The translations under genes were made by a program, and so were the position numbers. From contig NC_043001.1 of assembly GCF_006345805.1 (NCBI RefSeq), positions 124,062,001 to 124,126,000 on the forward strand: DNA of 64,000 bases, written 5' to 3'. Under the pieces are notes generated by a model, which saw only the letters and a list, made by a program, of their open reading frames with translations, ran no database searches and was not told the origin of the DNA. The stretch is from Octopus sinensis (Eukaryota). This document shows, piece after piece, positions 22,987-37,149 of this stretch (positions are counted from its first letter, which is position 1; every line of letters starts with the position of its first letter).

Positions 22987-25900
22987 TACATGCATGTGCG
23001 TGAAAGTGTATGTATATATGCTTGTGTGTGTGTGTGCGTGCGTATGTGTATGTGTGTGAAATAGCACATGGCCTAAATGTTAGGGATTGAATTCACGACC
23101 ATAAATAAGGTCGTTGTTTCGAATACCAGGAAGTTGTTGTCACATGTTTCTGCGTCAATAGGCTTTATGAGCACATGGATACGTGCCATGAAGTCAATTA
23201 TATATATGGCGGTGCCCCAGCATGGCCACAGCTCATAAGCTGAAACTGGAATCAATCAATCAATCAATCAATATATATATATATATATATCAATTATCAT
23301 GGAATATAAATTATCGAATTATTGAAAATATCTTCCCTTCTCATTTGAAATTCGTAACAATAAAACGAGACTTTTACTTAATCTCCTCTCGGATGTAAAT
23401 CAAGACTTTATCATGTATGATTCTTCAATTAATTTTATTCGCATTTATTGTATATGTTCAAGTATATATATATATTTATAACGTGTGCATTCACGATTGT
23501 GTTCAGACTGTATTGGTTATATACATGACTTACACATATATGACAGAACTAAACGTGTAAAACAAACCAGTCACCTCTACATAGTCTCATGACTTTGTAA
23601 TGTTGTATTTAAAAACTGATGTTATGAAAAGTAGATGAATAATTTAAATTAAGAAGGAGACATACAACGAAAGAAGGACAGAAATAAGGACAGTATAAAT
23701 ACTGTTGGACTATGCACACTATCAGACGGCAAAACAGCATGGATTTTATTTTGCTTTCGCTGATAAATACGGAAGTAACATATATACAATCAAATAGCGA
23801 GTAGATAAAACAATCCCGAACAGCAACATTAATTATGGCTTTTATTTTGAAATGTCTTCTGTTTTTATACTTGTGCAGTAAACTGGCAGACTCTTTAGTG
23901 CAACAGAATAGAATTGACAATATTACTTTTGGCTCTTCACATTCTGTTGGGGAAATAATGTATTACTTAAGTACTGGAGTTGATAATATGAAGTAATACC
24001 ACCTACCTTTAAATTGCTGCCCTTATATCTAAATTAGAAAAGCAAACGGGAAACAAAAACGGAAATGGTATAATGTGACTTTCATGTATCTTTTACTAAT
24101 GGTGCTAAGTCAATTTCTCGTGTTAAGTGTTTGCATATACTCAAATCTTTCTTTTAATATTCTTTAATGAATTAATCGAAGATAAAATTGAAGCGACCAT
24201 AGACATTTTCAATGGCTCGGTGATTGCTGCGAAGTTGAGAGGGTGCTTTCTAAGGCAGCAGACCAAGTCCAAATGCATGAAACCGAAAGTAATCTGCTCA
24301 AGACACCCAACGACGAAGTAGCGTATCACGCAAGCACAAAAGCAAATTCGCGGACAAAATTCCGGTCACCGTATTTTATTTATAAGGCTATAATCGAGGT
24401 TATGAAAGAATACACTTTCTTTAGATTCTATGCAATAAGGATGGAACCCGGAACCATTTAGGCCCGAAAGGAACCTCACCCTTATAGAACAATTTCCGAG
24501 CCAAACAAACAAGAAATATCCCGGGTACAAATCTGTTACTCCTGTGTTTATGACTTGCAGGTACTGAGACCATGCTTCTCGTTATACGAATGCTGTACTG
24601 CAAATATTTAGTTGAGAAGAATTGAAGCATTGTTAACGTTCCGTTGGGAATAAAACTAAGAAACATAATCACCAATTATGTATTTTATTTAATTTTAGCC
24701 AATGATATTTATGGTAGTCTAACACAACTAAAGGCATTACATCATGAGTAGGTGTTTTCATTTCTCTTCGGTATGGTATGTATTTATCCTTAATGCAAGA
24801 TCAATCTTTCGCATGAAGTCACTAACTACCGTCAATTAAATCTATATCGGTTATTTTTATAAGTTACTATATATTTTATTGATTTTAGACGGATGAATAT
24901 CAAACTGGATCCAATGAGGCTAAAGCAAGAATGTAAAGAGTTAAATTGGCATCTTTAAATCATTTCGTATGATTTGCATCTGTCTCTAGTAACAAAGCCC
25001 AGCGACATGCTCTGTATGGGAATCAAATAAAAAAAAATCGATGCTAACATATTACATAATGCAGTGAGACATTAAATGTTAATTAATTAACCTCCCGGTG
25101 AAGAGAAGTGATCATTAGCTTAATGATTAATTCTGCTCAAGAATTCCAGGAACACAACCTCAGAATTTTAATTGATTACCATCTTTTTGCTCACTACACA
25201 AGGTTAACACCAAGCTTACTATTATCTTAGCGAATCCATCACCTTCAATTAACACCTTCAACACAAAATTTTAACCTGTAAATCCAAAATAAAACAAGAA
25301 AACAAAATTATATAGAAACCTTATATTGAAATTAAAAGATTTTAATTCTTACTCTCAAAAAAAAAAGAATTAATTCTAAAAATCTTTTGAGTTATTCAAG
25401 GAAAAGTGTATATTTCCTTTGACTACGGAATGTTAGAGTTCTTTTTGTTTTCTTTCATTATACTTTCCAGTTGTTTTATTGAAGACTCGGCGTAAAGATG
25501 GCCAGAACTTAGAGCATTATGAACATGGCCGTTAAGATTGAGTTTAACATAAATTTCAAGCTCAGCAGTGTAATATGTATATCTGAAGAAATTACTTGTT
25601 GTAAACCTATCATAAATAAATAGTAAGAAGGAAGTTGAATGAAATATGGATATTTCGTGTATATTTTTCTAAAATACACAAAATGCACCCTTGTGATTCC
25701 AAAGGGACAGAATAAAGTATAAACATAGAATTAATTGGCAAATCTATTTATTACCAACAAGTTTTGCATAAGAAGCATCAAAAAATGATTTACATAAAAG
25801 ATATTCTTCAGCTAATATTACATTGCTTCCGTGAACAACACGAAAAGACTCCTAAATTCTCTGAGTATTATCGAAGATCCTCAGCAAGGCGTACAAGGTG

Positions 25901-27419
25901 TTGTACCTGCTGGGAAAGTATATATATTTTTCTCGGTAGTTTTATACCCTTCTGTGTTGCGTGTGTTGGCATTAAACCATTTCCCCCCACGTAAACAGTG
26001 ACTAAGAGCGATTTGTACTCTGAATATTATAACTTACTGTAGATAGAGTAATTATGTATATATTACTATAATTCCCTTTAATATTTGTATGGGCATTGGT
26101 CCCTTCTGCCGTACATATAATAGGAGAAAATTTAGTATTTGTGTAGTTTACACTGGGAAAGTACATTTATAGGAAATCAAGCACTACCTGGTATCATACA
26201 AGGAAATGAACCAGCGTCTCCACTGTAACAAACCTGCATTAGTTTTACTCTTTTTCTCCAACTTAAGATAGTCAAATGTATTACCGCGTCATATTGCATA
26301 TAAATAGTTAATAGTAGTTAACAATCTAAGAGAGTTAAGTACACTGACAATACATAGACGAGTTTTGCTGATAGAGTAAAAGCCTAAAATATACGATTAA
26401 ACAAGGCCAGTGGTGAATCTTCACTCATCAATAGATTTCCGTGCTAGATCGATATTTCAAACAAAGCGACAAGTCTCTATGAAAGATACAGCTAATTTTA
26501 CTTAGTCAGCGAATTTCTTTGTCCTAAGGTAGATGACATGATTACTCTAAGAAATAGAAAGTGCTGTGCAAAGTGGGTGAAATAAACGTGTAATGCACTC
26601 ATATCCAACGGCATAAATTATGACAGAAAGAGTGTAAGAGAATTAACAGTAGAATAGATTAGCTGGAAATATGATAAATGCAGAATAAGTAAGAAATTAT
26701 GTAAAAATATCGGTTCAAGCGTAAGTGTTGAAATCACACCAAGCAATTATGAGTTTACATGTAACCTATTTATGTACGTTTGTAAGTTTATGAGCATATA
26801 TGTGTGTGTGTGTGTGTGTGCATGTGTGTGTGTGTATGTATGTATGCGTAGATATGTTTGTATATGGATATGTGTGTGTGAATATATGTTTTTATATGCA
26901 TGGGTGTGAGTGTTCCGTGCGCGCGTGTGTGTGTGAGTAGATATAAATGTGTGTATGTGTGTGTGTGAAAGTATGTGTGCGTTTGTGCGTGTGTATGCAT
27001 GTGTACGTCCGGGGATTAAGTCTTAAAGGCCAGCTAGGGCAATCGCTTGAAGAACAAATCAGCTGTACAAAGAAATAAAATACCAATCCCTTTAAAATGG
27101 CAATTCCTTTAACAGTACCAGAATCATCATCCCACTAAATCTACACTTTCAAAGCAGTCTGACAACGGCCCTTCAGCAACAAAACACCCTGATAAGCTTA
27201 GTGACAACTACTAAATTCAGGCCACGACAGATGTTCTTGAAGGGGAGGATTTTAAACTTATGGAAACAGTATTTACATATCGCCCGAGGAAACACAACTA
27301 GATTTCATAATGCAGTAAACATTTGCATAATCAAGTACCTGCGTACCTGGAGAACTAAGGTGCGTCCAAACAATTGTAGTGATTAAAAAATAAGTGTCCA
27401 AATGTTCTCAATTATATAT

Positions 27420-28110
27420 GCATAAACCAGAAATGTAGACTAATCAACCCAATTGAAACAGAAATGGGCATTATTTGCAAAAGTATTTTAGATTCTATTT
27501 TACACAAGTTAAATAGAGAATTAAATTGACAGATTTGGGGAAATAGTAAGTGAGTTGTAGATTGGTTCAAGGGAATTAACCATAAATATAATTGCAAAAT
27601 TTTTGCAGTTCGATATTGTCGATTTTTCCTGTCAATATCCAGGCTTCTACTTCTTAAAGCGTTAGACTTCGCCAAGCAATGTTAGCATCGACAGTTCGGA
27701 TATAAATATTATCCTGTATACAAGGAAATCCCTCTTTTTTTACCATGATTCTACGTGGGTCAAAAAGAGCAAGTATTCCTTATTCGATGTGCCGATGGGG
27801 GCATATGATGGGGCGGAGATATGTATGCTTATAAGAGCTTATATTTTGCAAAACCTGCATTTGAAACTTCCTTTTATAGATGCAGGATTTTACAGAGATG
27901 ACGTTCTTATAGTCACCCGGAGTATGAACGGCCATGAGTTAGATAGACTTAGGAAGAATCTTATTGCCTTCTTCTAAAGAATTGGCTAATGGATAACGAT
28001 AGATACTAACATTAATAATGTAGTCTTTTTTTAGATATTAACTTAGATTTGCAATTAGATAAATTTGAATCTACTTGTAATCCTAAAGAAAAACTATACA
28101 TCAAGAGTCA
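27420..28110 (+). pseudogene. Penelope-like element (Neptune-type) reverse transcriptase remnant
   Basis: KCRLINPIETEMGIICKSILD, VDWFKGINHK, QFDIVDF, FDVPMGAYDGAEIC, FYRDDVL; frameshifts and stops present. Confidence 0.8.
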
Positions 28111-29045
28111 AATCATTTACCGTAGTACTTTACAATTTAGTGAGTAATACAGAAGGTGCTTATACATATCTGCAGATGAGATAGCATTTTCTATTTATCG
28201 CCTTTATATCTAGCATTTTACATTTTACGACTTTCAAGAAAAACTTCGAGTGTTTACAATTTTAAATTTAAATTTCAACGGCGGTCAAATTTTTACTCAT
28301 TCTCAAATTTAAATATATACTTTTTTCTTTAAATTTTTTATATCTAAAATGAATATTTTTCATATTTAAATTACATTAACTTTTTGCACCGTTTTCTTAT
28401 TTTGATATGCTGTCTTTTGATGTTTTCGTAAACTCTCCTTTAGTGTATATATATATAAAACTTAGATAAAACTTAGATATGTTTCGACCAGAGTTTGGTC
28501 CAGGCCATGTCTAACTTAATAGCACCATATATATATATGTATATGTTTGTTGTGTTTCTATGCATAAGTAAATTTTTGTATGCATTTGTACATGTGTTTA
28601 TTTTTATGCTGTTTAGATCACTGTAAGTGAATATTTCGTTATAAACAGACTTATATTTTTTTAATTGAATATATTTTACCATTAATTAATTTACTCTAGG
28701 TATATATGTTTTTTTTCCTTCTAGTTAAAGCTCATTTTTGTTTTAAGGTTTTCTTCGATTTTACATATGATTTTTAAATCGTCACTTAAAATTTGTGTAT
28801 AACACTGGTTAGCTGAAAGGACCAATGAAACAAAACCAATTTCAAATGTGTATCTATCAATGTAAATTGTATATTTATACATATAAGCTTAATTCTTTGT
28901 TCCATTCTCAAACAAACCTGTGCAACGAGCAGTTTTTTTTGTGATATTTTTGTGAGGACTTTGCAGTTTTAATAATAAAGTACACACACACACAGACACA
29001 CGCACACATACACACACATACACACACATACACACACATATTATT

Positions 29046-29870
29046 TTATTCTTTTACTTGTTTCAGTCATTTGAGTGCGACCATGCTGGATCACCGCCTT
29101 GAAAGGTTTTAGTCGAAAAAATCGATCCGAGGACTTATTTCTTAAGCTTAGTACTTATTCTATCGGTAACTTTCGTCGAACCACTATATTGGAAGCACTC
29201 CGCCGGTTACGACGACGAAGGTTCCGGTTGATCCGAATCAACGGAACAGCCTGCTCGTGAAATTAACGAGTAAGTGGCTGAGCACTCCACAGACACGTGT
29301 ACCCTTAACGTAGTTCTCGGGGATATTCAGCGTGATACAAAAAGTAACAAGGCCGGCCCTTTGAAATACAGGTACAACAGAAACAGGAAGAAAGAGTGAG
29401 AGAACGTTTTGGTGAAAGTGTACAGCAGGGATCACCACCATCCCCTACCGGAGCCTCGTGGTGCTTTAGGTGTTTTCGCTCAATAAACACTCACAACGCC
29501 CGGTCTGGGAATCGAAACCGCGATCCTATGACCGCGAGACCGCTGCCCTAACCACTGGGCCATTGCGCCTCCACGCACCACTATATTACGGAGACATAAA
29601 CACACCAGCACCGGTTGTCAAGTGGTGATGTAGGATAAACACAGACATAATGATGCACACGCATAGATACATATATATGTGTATATACAGACGACGGATT
29701 TCTCTCAGTTTCCATCTACCAAATTCATCCATAAGGTTTTGGTCGGCTCGAGGCTATAGTTGAAGAGACTTGCCCAAGGTGTTACGCATGTTGTTGGGAA
29801 GCATGTGGTTTGGAAACATGTGGTTGGGAACCATGTGGTTGGGAAGCAAGCCTCTTACCCCACAGGAGTA
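29046..29870 (-). mobile_element. SINE family C split by a family B insertion
   Basis: Tail at 29046-29190, body and head at 29575-29870. Confidence 0.75.
29191..29574 (-). mobile_element. SINE family B, full length with 11-bp TSD
   Basis: TSD ACCACTATATT at 29180-29190 and 29577-29587; matches 16372 and 49881 copies. Confidence 0.92.
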
Positions 29871-30441
29871 ATTTTTTAAATCAAGCAAATAGAAGAAACT
29901 GGGAGTGAAAAGAGAAAAAATACTACCATAACTTTTGCTGAATCTGCGCCTGCTACTAGTTAGAAAGACACAACTACACCCACTATAACTACACGCTTTG
30001 TTGTTGCTACTGGTACCACTAACTGCAACGCCTACTGCTATGGTTATTATAAATAACCTCCTGGGTCTGCTGCAATCACCAGGAGTCATCAACAATCAGA
30101 AAGAAACGAAATTTCAGCGCCATATAAGAAACAAAACATGTTGACTTCCATAAGTGATATCATGAAATTAATTCAATTAAATTACTTTCAATCTATTAAT
30201 CCTTTTATTTTGTATGACCAAATCGTATAACAACTGTAAAATACTTTGATAGAAATTGAAGATACGTTCTTTTATTTTTGATGAATTTCTCAAAGCATTT
30301 TCTTTCTTGTTTTGTAACGCATATACACACAAACACACACGCCCACGCACACACACACACACAGCACACACACGAACAAACAGACACACACATATGCACA
30401 CACACAAACTCACAAACACGCATATTCAACTATGTGTGTGT

Positions 30442-30484
<43 letters not shown>

Positions 30485-31364
30485 CTTATATGTGTATCTA
30501 CGTCCGTCAGGTATTTCAAAGGATTCATGTTCTTCCGAAATCTAAGACAGTGACTATCAAATGTGACGAAGCCTTGTCTGAATCAAGACAGAATCTAGAA
30601 TTGATGAACATGGCATTTGCACTTATACATTGTGTACTTGTATCCCTTTAATATAATAGTATATATCATCACTTTATGAGTATGTTAGTATTCTACATGA
30701 GTATAGGTGATTTTATGCATGTGAATTGAGAAAGATTAATGGAAGCAAACGAAAGAAAAGTGTCGGATGCAGTTACTAAATTTTCTCATTCAGTCAGACG
30801 GATCCTAGGCGTGTGTATGTGTGTGTGTTTGCGCGTGCATGTGTGTATGAATGTGTATACAGACATAAAAATTTTATAATAGACATTCAAACGTTGCTAG
30901 TTTCTCTGTAGAGAAACTAAAAGAAATAACGAATAAACGCAATTGATTGGGTTTTCATCGTAGGTGTTTACATCAGTTGACCAATCCTAGAGAAATAAAT
31001 TGCCAAATCGTTTAGTTATACAGAAGAACCGGGTAGCTTCAGACAACCGGGGCTATTAACTGTTTATTAATTTAATACATACATGAGTCAACGTACATAA
31101 ACAGACAGTCACACTTACAAGCATACAGACACACATACACACAAACACATACACACAAACACATACACATATACACTCATGCACACACACACGCGTACAC
31201 ACGAATACACGCTCACTAACGCATATATATATAAGGGTGTGTGTCTGTGTGAACAGAGATAATGGAACGAGCAAGCTGTTTTATTGCATAATACAACAAT
31301 TGATTCATGACCATTATACATACACATATAGGACGATAGAAAAATATTTAATGAAAATACTTGA

Positions 31365-31716
31365 CCAGCTTGCTAACCAACCACATGGTTCCGGGTTCAG
31401 TCCCACTGCGTGGCATCTTGGGCAAGTGTCTTCTGCTATAGCCCCGGGCCGACCAATGCCTTGTGAGTGGATTTGGTAGACGGAAACTGAAAGAAGCCCG
31501 TCGTATATATGTATGTATATATATGTGTGTGTGTCTGTGTTTGTCCCCCTAGCATGCTGGTGTGTTTACGTCCCCGTCACTTAGCGGTTCGGCAAAAGAG
31601 ACCGATAGAATAAGTACTAGGCTTACAAAAGAATAAGTTCCGGGGTCGAGTTGCTCGATTAAAGGCGGTGCTCCAGCATGGCCGCAGTCAAATGACTGAA
31701 ACAAATGAAAGAGTAA
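31365..31716 (+). mobile_element. SINE family C, head slightly truncated
   Basis: Closely matches 52860-53295. Confidence 0.88.
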
Positions 31717-32035
31717 TCCACTCCAAGTGTTCTCAATGAAAGAGTAAATATTGAAATATATTGAGAAGTTGGACTTATGTTGTATGAAGATGCTAACCTG
31801 ACTCTCATTTGTAGATGACCCTTAGCAAGAGGCGTCATCGCAGTACGAATGGTGCTTCAAGCATCACCCTTCAAAGAACTTCGCAACGCATTTTTAAGTA
31901 GTCAGTACTTCAGATGGAATTACAATCATACTTTCTTCTATTTATTTTATAGCAACAAATTAATATTACACTAAGCTTTAATCGCTGCTAAAAAGGCTGA
32001 GAAGCGATAATACATTAATATTATAATTATCGGTT

Positions 32036-32430
32036 CAAGGCGGTGAGCTGGCAGGATTGTTAGCATTTCCCGTTAAATGCTTAGCGGCATTCCGTCCGTT
32101 TTTATTTTCTGAGTTCAAGTTCTGCCGAGGTTGAATTTGCCTTTCATCCTTGAGGTATGGTTACAATAAGTACCTCTGTGTGTGTGTGTTTGTATTTGTG
32201 TGTGCGTGCGTGCGTGTGCGTGGGTATGTATGTATGTGTCTTCGCCACTGTATTTGTCTCCCGCTTTCCAACTGGTTTTGGTGTGTTTATATCCCCGAAC
32301 CTTAACGGTTCGGCAAAATATACAGGTCAAATAAGTACTAGACTTAAAACAAATATGTATTGCTGTCGATTGTTTAGACGAAAATTCTTCAAGGCAGTAC
32401 CCCAACATGGCCGCAATATTATGATTGAAA
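32036..32430 (+). mobile_element. Composite SINE: family A head joined via (GT)n to family C-type 3' half
   Basis: AAGGCGGTGAGCTGGCAGG...GAGTTCAAGTTCTGCCGAGG, then CTTAACGGTTCGGCAAA...AATAAGTACTAG...CATGGCCGCA. Confidence 0.6.
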
Positions 32431-33413
32431 CAAGTGCTCCAGTCCACTCAGCTTTATCGCACTCTGTGTCATGCTGAATCTCAGTGAGGTCTGCGTTAAG
32501 GGTAGGAGTGTCTGTGGACTGCTCGGCCATTTTCACGTTAATTTCACGAGCATGCAGTTCTGTCCATTAGATCAACTGAAAAACCTGTCGTTGTAACCGA
32601 CGTAGAGCCAGCCAGTTTTACAGAATCGAAATCGTATTTTACACTACAGTTAAAGAGAGTTTGTCTTTTTCATGGAAAGTTTACTGATAAAAGTAATAAA
32701 ATAAATTATAGCTTTTCTCTGTCAAATCGAGAGACAGGTAATATATGCTGCTCTGTACACATGAAAAATAAAATAAAAACGAAAAGAAAGAGAACACTTT
32801 AGGTGTTAATTTCCATTTAAACAAACCAAAGAATCATTTATTTTCAGAAGGAAAAAAAAATAATTTCGAACTGGTAATGTTTGAAATATGTGTTGTAACA
32901 CTTCATGTTAGTGAATTTTAGAGCGCCATCGATTACCAGAAAGACGTAAATTATGACGAGAATATTGTGACACCGATCTCAACTAATTCCTCTTAATGAT
33001 TATGTAACTAAATTTGTAAAATGAGACATAACTAGAGAAAATTGTGATTTAATGATTGTTAACATTATTTTTACCTCTCTATTTTCTATTATACATGACA
33101 AATGAAATCAATCTTTGCTCATACACTTTTGGAAGAATCTAAATACAAATTTCGTGGGGTACAGTAAAATTTAATTTGAAACTATTCTTATCATTTGAAA
33201 TCGGTTATGTTTTCATATAATATATAAGACGCCAAAATGGCAGAGTAGTTAAAGCCTTGAATATATAGCATAACAATCTTCGTTCCAGGTTTCTCAAATC
33301 AGACTTCATATATCACCAGTGTGTCTATCCAGAAGAGTCTTGCAATAGTACAGTTTTTCTTACCATCTCCTTCTCTCCTGCTTCCTTTCTCTATTTCTAC
33401 TTGTTTCTCTCAG

Positions 33414-33465
33414 GAAGAAATCGGCCGTCGTCAGCCGTCAAAGTAGAGGGGAGTCAGAGAAATCT
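33414..33465 (+). other. Candidate 52-nt internal exon of an unidentified gene
   Basis: Long pyrimidine tract ending TCTCTCAG| and donor |GTAAGT. Two frames open (KKSAVVSRQSRGESEKS; RNRPSSAVKVEGSQRN). No homology recognised. Confidence 0.4.
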
Positions 33466-34366
33466 GTAAGTGCCCAAGACACGCCGTATATCATGACAGC
33501 GCCTCTACCACGTCATTAGGAACTAGGAGCCTAAGACACGACAAAGAATATAATGCATATTGTTTTACTCTTTTCACACATTGAGATAGTGGTTATCCTA
33601 GGTAGTCTCTTTGAAAGATTTAGTCGATGATATTTATCACCATATTTATTTCCTACTGATGGGAGTGAGACGGAGACTTGTTGGAAAGTACGCATGTTTT
33701 GGGTCGACTCAAGATTATGGAGAAACCTTTTTCCACGGTATCACTCCAGGGTATCTTACCAGTGTATCATGTTTGCGAAACCACCTTCTTAACATACTGC
33801 TGTTGTATACGTTAACTGTTAATGTTCTGTAACATAGCGGTTCGGTAAATATGTCTATAAAATAATTACCAGGCTGGAATAAATATTGTAACCAACATCT
33901 TAGACTTAATCCTTAACAGCATAGTGATTGATAGAAACACGAATACTGAGCATCAAAAACAGACAGTAAATTCACACACACACACACACATTCACACACA
34001 TTCAAACACATACACAAACACACATAAATACGGTGGGCTCCCGTAGAGTCTGTGCCTACGAATTTCTGTCACAAGCAATGGTCAGTCAATCGGAGGCGAC
34101 AGTATCAAGATTTGATTTTTTTTCCAAAGTTACTGATCCACAGCTACAGGTAAATAGCCTCATCGCATCATGAAACGAAGACTAAGATTGGATCCTGTAA
34201 ATGTTGAACTCTACATTCTCCAGGCAACTTGTGCTATCAGTGTAGAGTCAAGCATTTTCTGCATTGATTTGGATGCTCCCATTGAGGTCAAGAAGGAGGT
34301 TTTAGCGCCTGTGATAATAATGTTGATGATGATGATAATAATAATAATAATAATAACAATAATAAC

Positions 34367-34436
<70 letters not shown>

Positions 34437-34460
34437 TAATAATAAAACAATAATAATAAC

Positions 34461-34494
<34 letters not shown>

Positions 34495-34504
34495 TAATAA
34501 TAAT

Positions 34505-34802
34505 AAAGACCTGGAAATAGAGATAACCAGAATGTGGAATCTAAAAACAGAAACAATTCCTATCATAGTAGGTGCATTAGGCATGATAAAAAAATATTCA
34601 GACAAATACATAACAAAAACACCAGGACTTACAAACACATATAACATACAGAAAATTGCACTACTAGGCATTGTACACATCCTACGCAGAACACTTTCCA
34701 TACAATAACCATCAGAGCATCACAACAAATCACAGCACATACCTAAGGCACACAGAGCCGCGCTCGGTAGTGAAGTGAAAGCACGCTATAAAAATAAAAC
34801 TA

Positions 34803-34806
<4 letters not shown>
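34505..34806 (+). mobile_element. R4/Dong LINE, short 3' fragment in (AAT)n
   Basis: Nearly identical to 36648-36950; KDLEIEITRMW...ILRRTLSIQ*; (AAT)n both sides. Confidence 0.9.
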
Positions 34807-34869
<63 letters not shown>

Positions 34870-35070
34870 TTAATAATCATAAAAATGGGATTGGTACTTG
34901 GATGTTGAATGTCTTCCGCGATAATTAACAACCAAATATTAAAGCTTATAAAGTGAGGAAAGAGACCCTGCGAGACCTCTGACAGTAGGGTGTTGTCAGC
35001 TCTCACGGAATCTATGAGAGCAAACAAGACCGAACGATCTAAGAAATAAAACAACAACAACAACAACAAC

Positions 35071-35105
<35 letters not shown>

Positions 35106-35496
35106 TAACATGGATTCCTACACCGGGTTCTCCATTCAAAAATAAATATAATCTAATAACATCGGTGGAATGGGATAAAGGAACATGTGGAAGACTTGAA
35201 GGAAGCGGCTTTTAACGAAAATACTCACTAAAACCAAATTTTACTGCCATACAAAGCACAGTTTCTCTCTGCACGATGCCTCAGTGAAACATGTTCAAAA
35301 GACGCGAAATCAACATTGGAAAGCTTACAAATTATATAGTATAACTGGAACAAAACAGTCAATACGTAAAGTGATTAATTACGCATACACTCGAAAGTCT
35401 ACACAACCATATATACATTTTAATACCCACAGGACTACACATACATCCCAATGTTTACACAACTACGTGAAATTTACATGACACACATAATTCGGA

Positions 35497-35818
35497 GACC
35501 CCCTTCGGTCACGACACAGACCATGGGATTGCACCTAGAAAGTTACCCTCCTAGGGCGAGGTTGTCTATGGAAGACCAGCAGTCGCCCATGCATACCAGC
35601 CTCCCCTCTCCACGCCACCAGTGTTATCCAAGGGAAAGGCAAAGGGGCCGATACAGATTGGCACCTGTGACGTCGCAACTCATTGCTACAGCTGAGTGAA
35701 CTGGAGCAACGTGAAATAAAGTGCCTTGTTCAAGAACAAAGCACGCAGCCCGGTCCGGGATTCGAGCTCACAACCTCACGATCGTAAGCTCGACGCTCTA
35801 ACCACTGAGCCATGCGCC
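35497..35818 (-). mobile_element. tRNA-Arg(ACG)-like SINE with CORE-like domain, family D
   Basis: Minus strand GGCGCATGGCTCAGTGGTTAGAGCGTCGAGCTTACGATCGTGAGG...TTCTTGAACAAGGCACTTTATTTCACGTTGCTCCAG; near-identical to 42123. Confidence 0.9.
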
Positions 35819-35828
35819 TTCACTACAC

Positions 35829-35880
<52 letters not shown>

Positions 35881-35884
<4 letters not shown>

Positions 35885-36953
35885 CTGATCCAGATAGCGG
35901 CAAAACACGAGCAAAACAAAAAACTGTTCTCAGTATTTAAGGAAGCTGACAAATACAAACAAGAAATCATACCACCTAATAAACATGAAGAAGAAGAAGA
36001 AGAAGATGAAGAAACAACAAAAGCTATAAAAAAAATGAAATCCAAACTAAAAATAGAACAGCAACGAACCACGATAAAACGATGGCAAGAAAAGCCCCTT
36101 CATGGTAAATACTGCACTAAACTAAACGCAAAAGAAATAGACAAAGAAAAATCCCAGCAATGGTTGAGAAGCTCAGGACTCAAAGCTGAGACAGAGGGAT
36201 TTTTAATTGCAGCACAAGACCAAAGCCTCCCCACCAGAAATTACCAAAAACATGTAATGAAAAGAAATATTACAAGTAACTGCAGAATATGTGGAGATGG
36301 ACAAGAAACAATAAATCATATTATCTCTAGCTGCCCAGTCCTGGCTAAGAAGGAATATATTCACAGACATGACGGAGTTGGAACTTACATACATTGGAAG
36401 CTATGCCAACATTATGGAATAACAACAGAAAAAATATGGTATAGGCACACACCAGAAAAGGTCACAGAAAACGAGAAAGCAACCATACTCTGGGATATGC
36501 CGATACACACAGATAGAGAAATTAAGGCCAACAGACCAGATATAGTTGTCAGAGACCATGAAGAAAAAAAATGCTTTCTAATTGATGTATCAGTACCGGC
36601 AGATGACAACGTGTCTCTAAAAGAAATGGAGAAACTCTCAAAATACAAAGACCTGGAAATAGAGGTAACTAGAATGTGGAATCTGAAAACAGAAACAATT
36701 CCTATCATAGTAGGTGCATTAGGCATGATAAAAAATATTCAGACAAATACATAACAAAAACACCAGGACTTACAAACACATATAACATACAGAAAATTGC
36801 ACTACTAGGCACTGCACACATCCTACGCAGAACACTTTCCATACAATAACCATCAGAGCATCACAACAAATCACAGCACATACCCAAGGCACACAGAGCT
36901 GCGCTCGGTAGTGAAGTGAAAGCACGCTATAAAAATAAAACTAAAACTACTGA
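35881..36953 (+). mobile_element. 5'-truncated R4/Dong non-LTR retrotransposon (zinc knuckle plus restriction-like endonuclease, 3' UTR)
   Basis: WQEKPLHG, ETEGFLIAAQDQ, CRIC..ETINHIISSC (CCHC), RHD, RPDIVV..CFLIDVS, KLSKYKDL. One 1-bp frameshift near 36730 relative to the 34505 copy; stop at 36847-36849; (AAT)n both ends. Confidence 0.95.
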
Positions 36954-36967
36954 ATAATAATAATAAT

Positions 36968-37140
36968 AAGACATCCACTAGTACAACACCAAAAAAACAA
37001 CAACCAAATATATGGCACACTAGGCAGAACAACAACGTGAACTTCCAACCTGTTGTCCCTTGAGGTCTCTGGGTGAGACTAGGAGCCAAATTATACAAAT
37101 ATAAAGCAAAAGTCAAACATAGAATAATAATAATAATAAG
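36968..37140 (+). mobile_element. 3' UTR of a second Dong subfamily
   Basis: Matches the 3' UTR at ~20940-21075 (GAACTTC.AAC.TGTTG...GGTGAGACT.GGAGCCAA...GCAAAAGTCAAA); ends in (AAT)n. Confidence 0.8.
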
Positions 37141-37149
37141 GAACAAGTA

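Noticed and set aside
24127-24675. Several short overlapping ORFs in unique-looking DNA
   Set aside because: No recognisable homology or consistent splice signals; needs BLASTX.
35726-35880. N-terminus of the 342-aa ORF
   Set aside because: Start lies in an antisense SINE and (AAT)n; the real coding part is a 5'-truncated Dong fragment from 35881.
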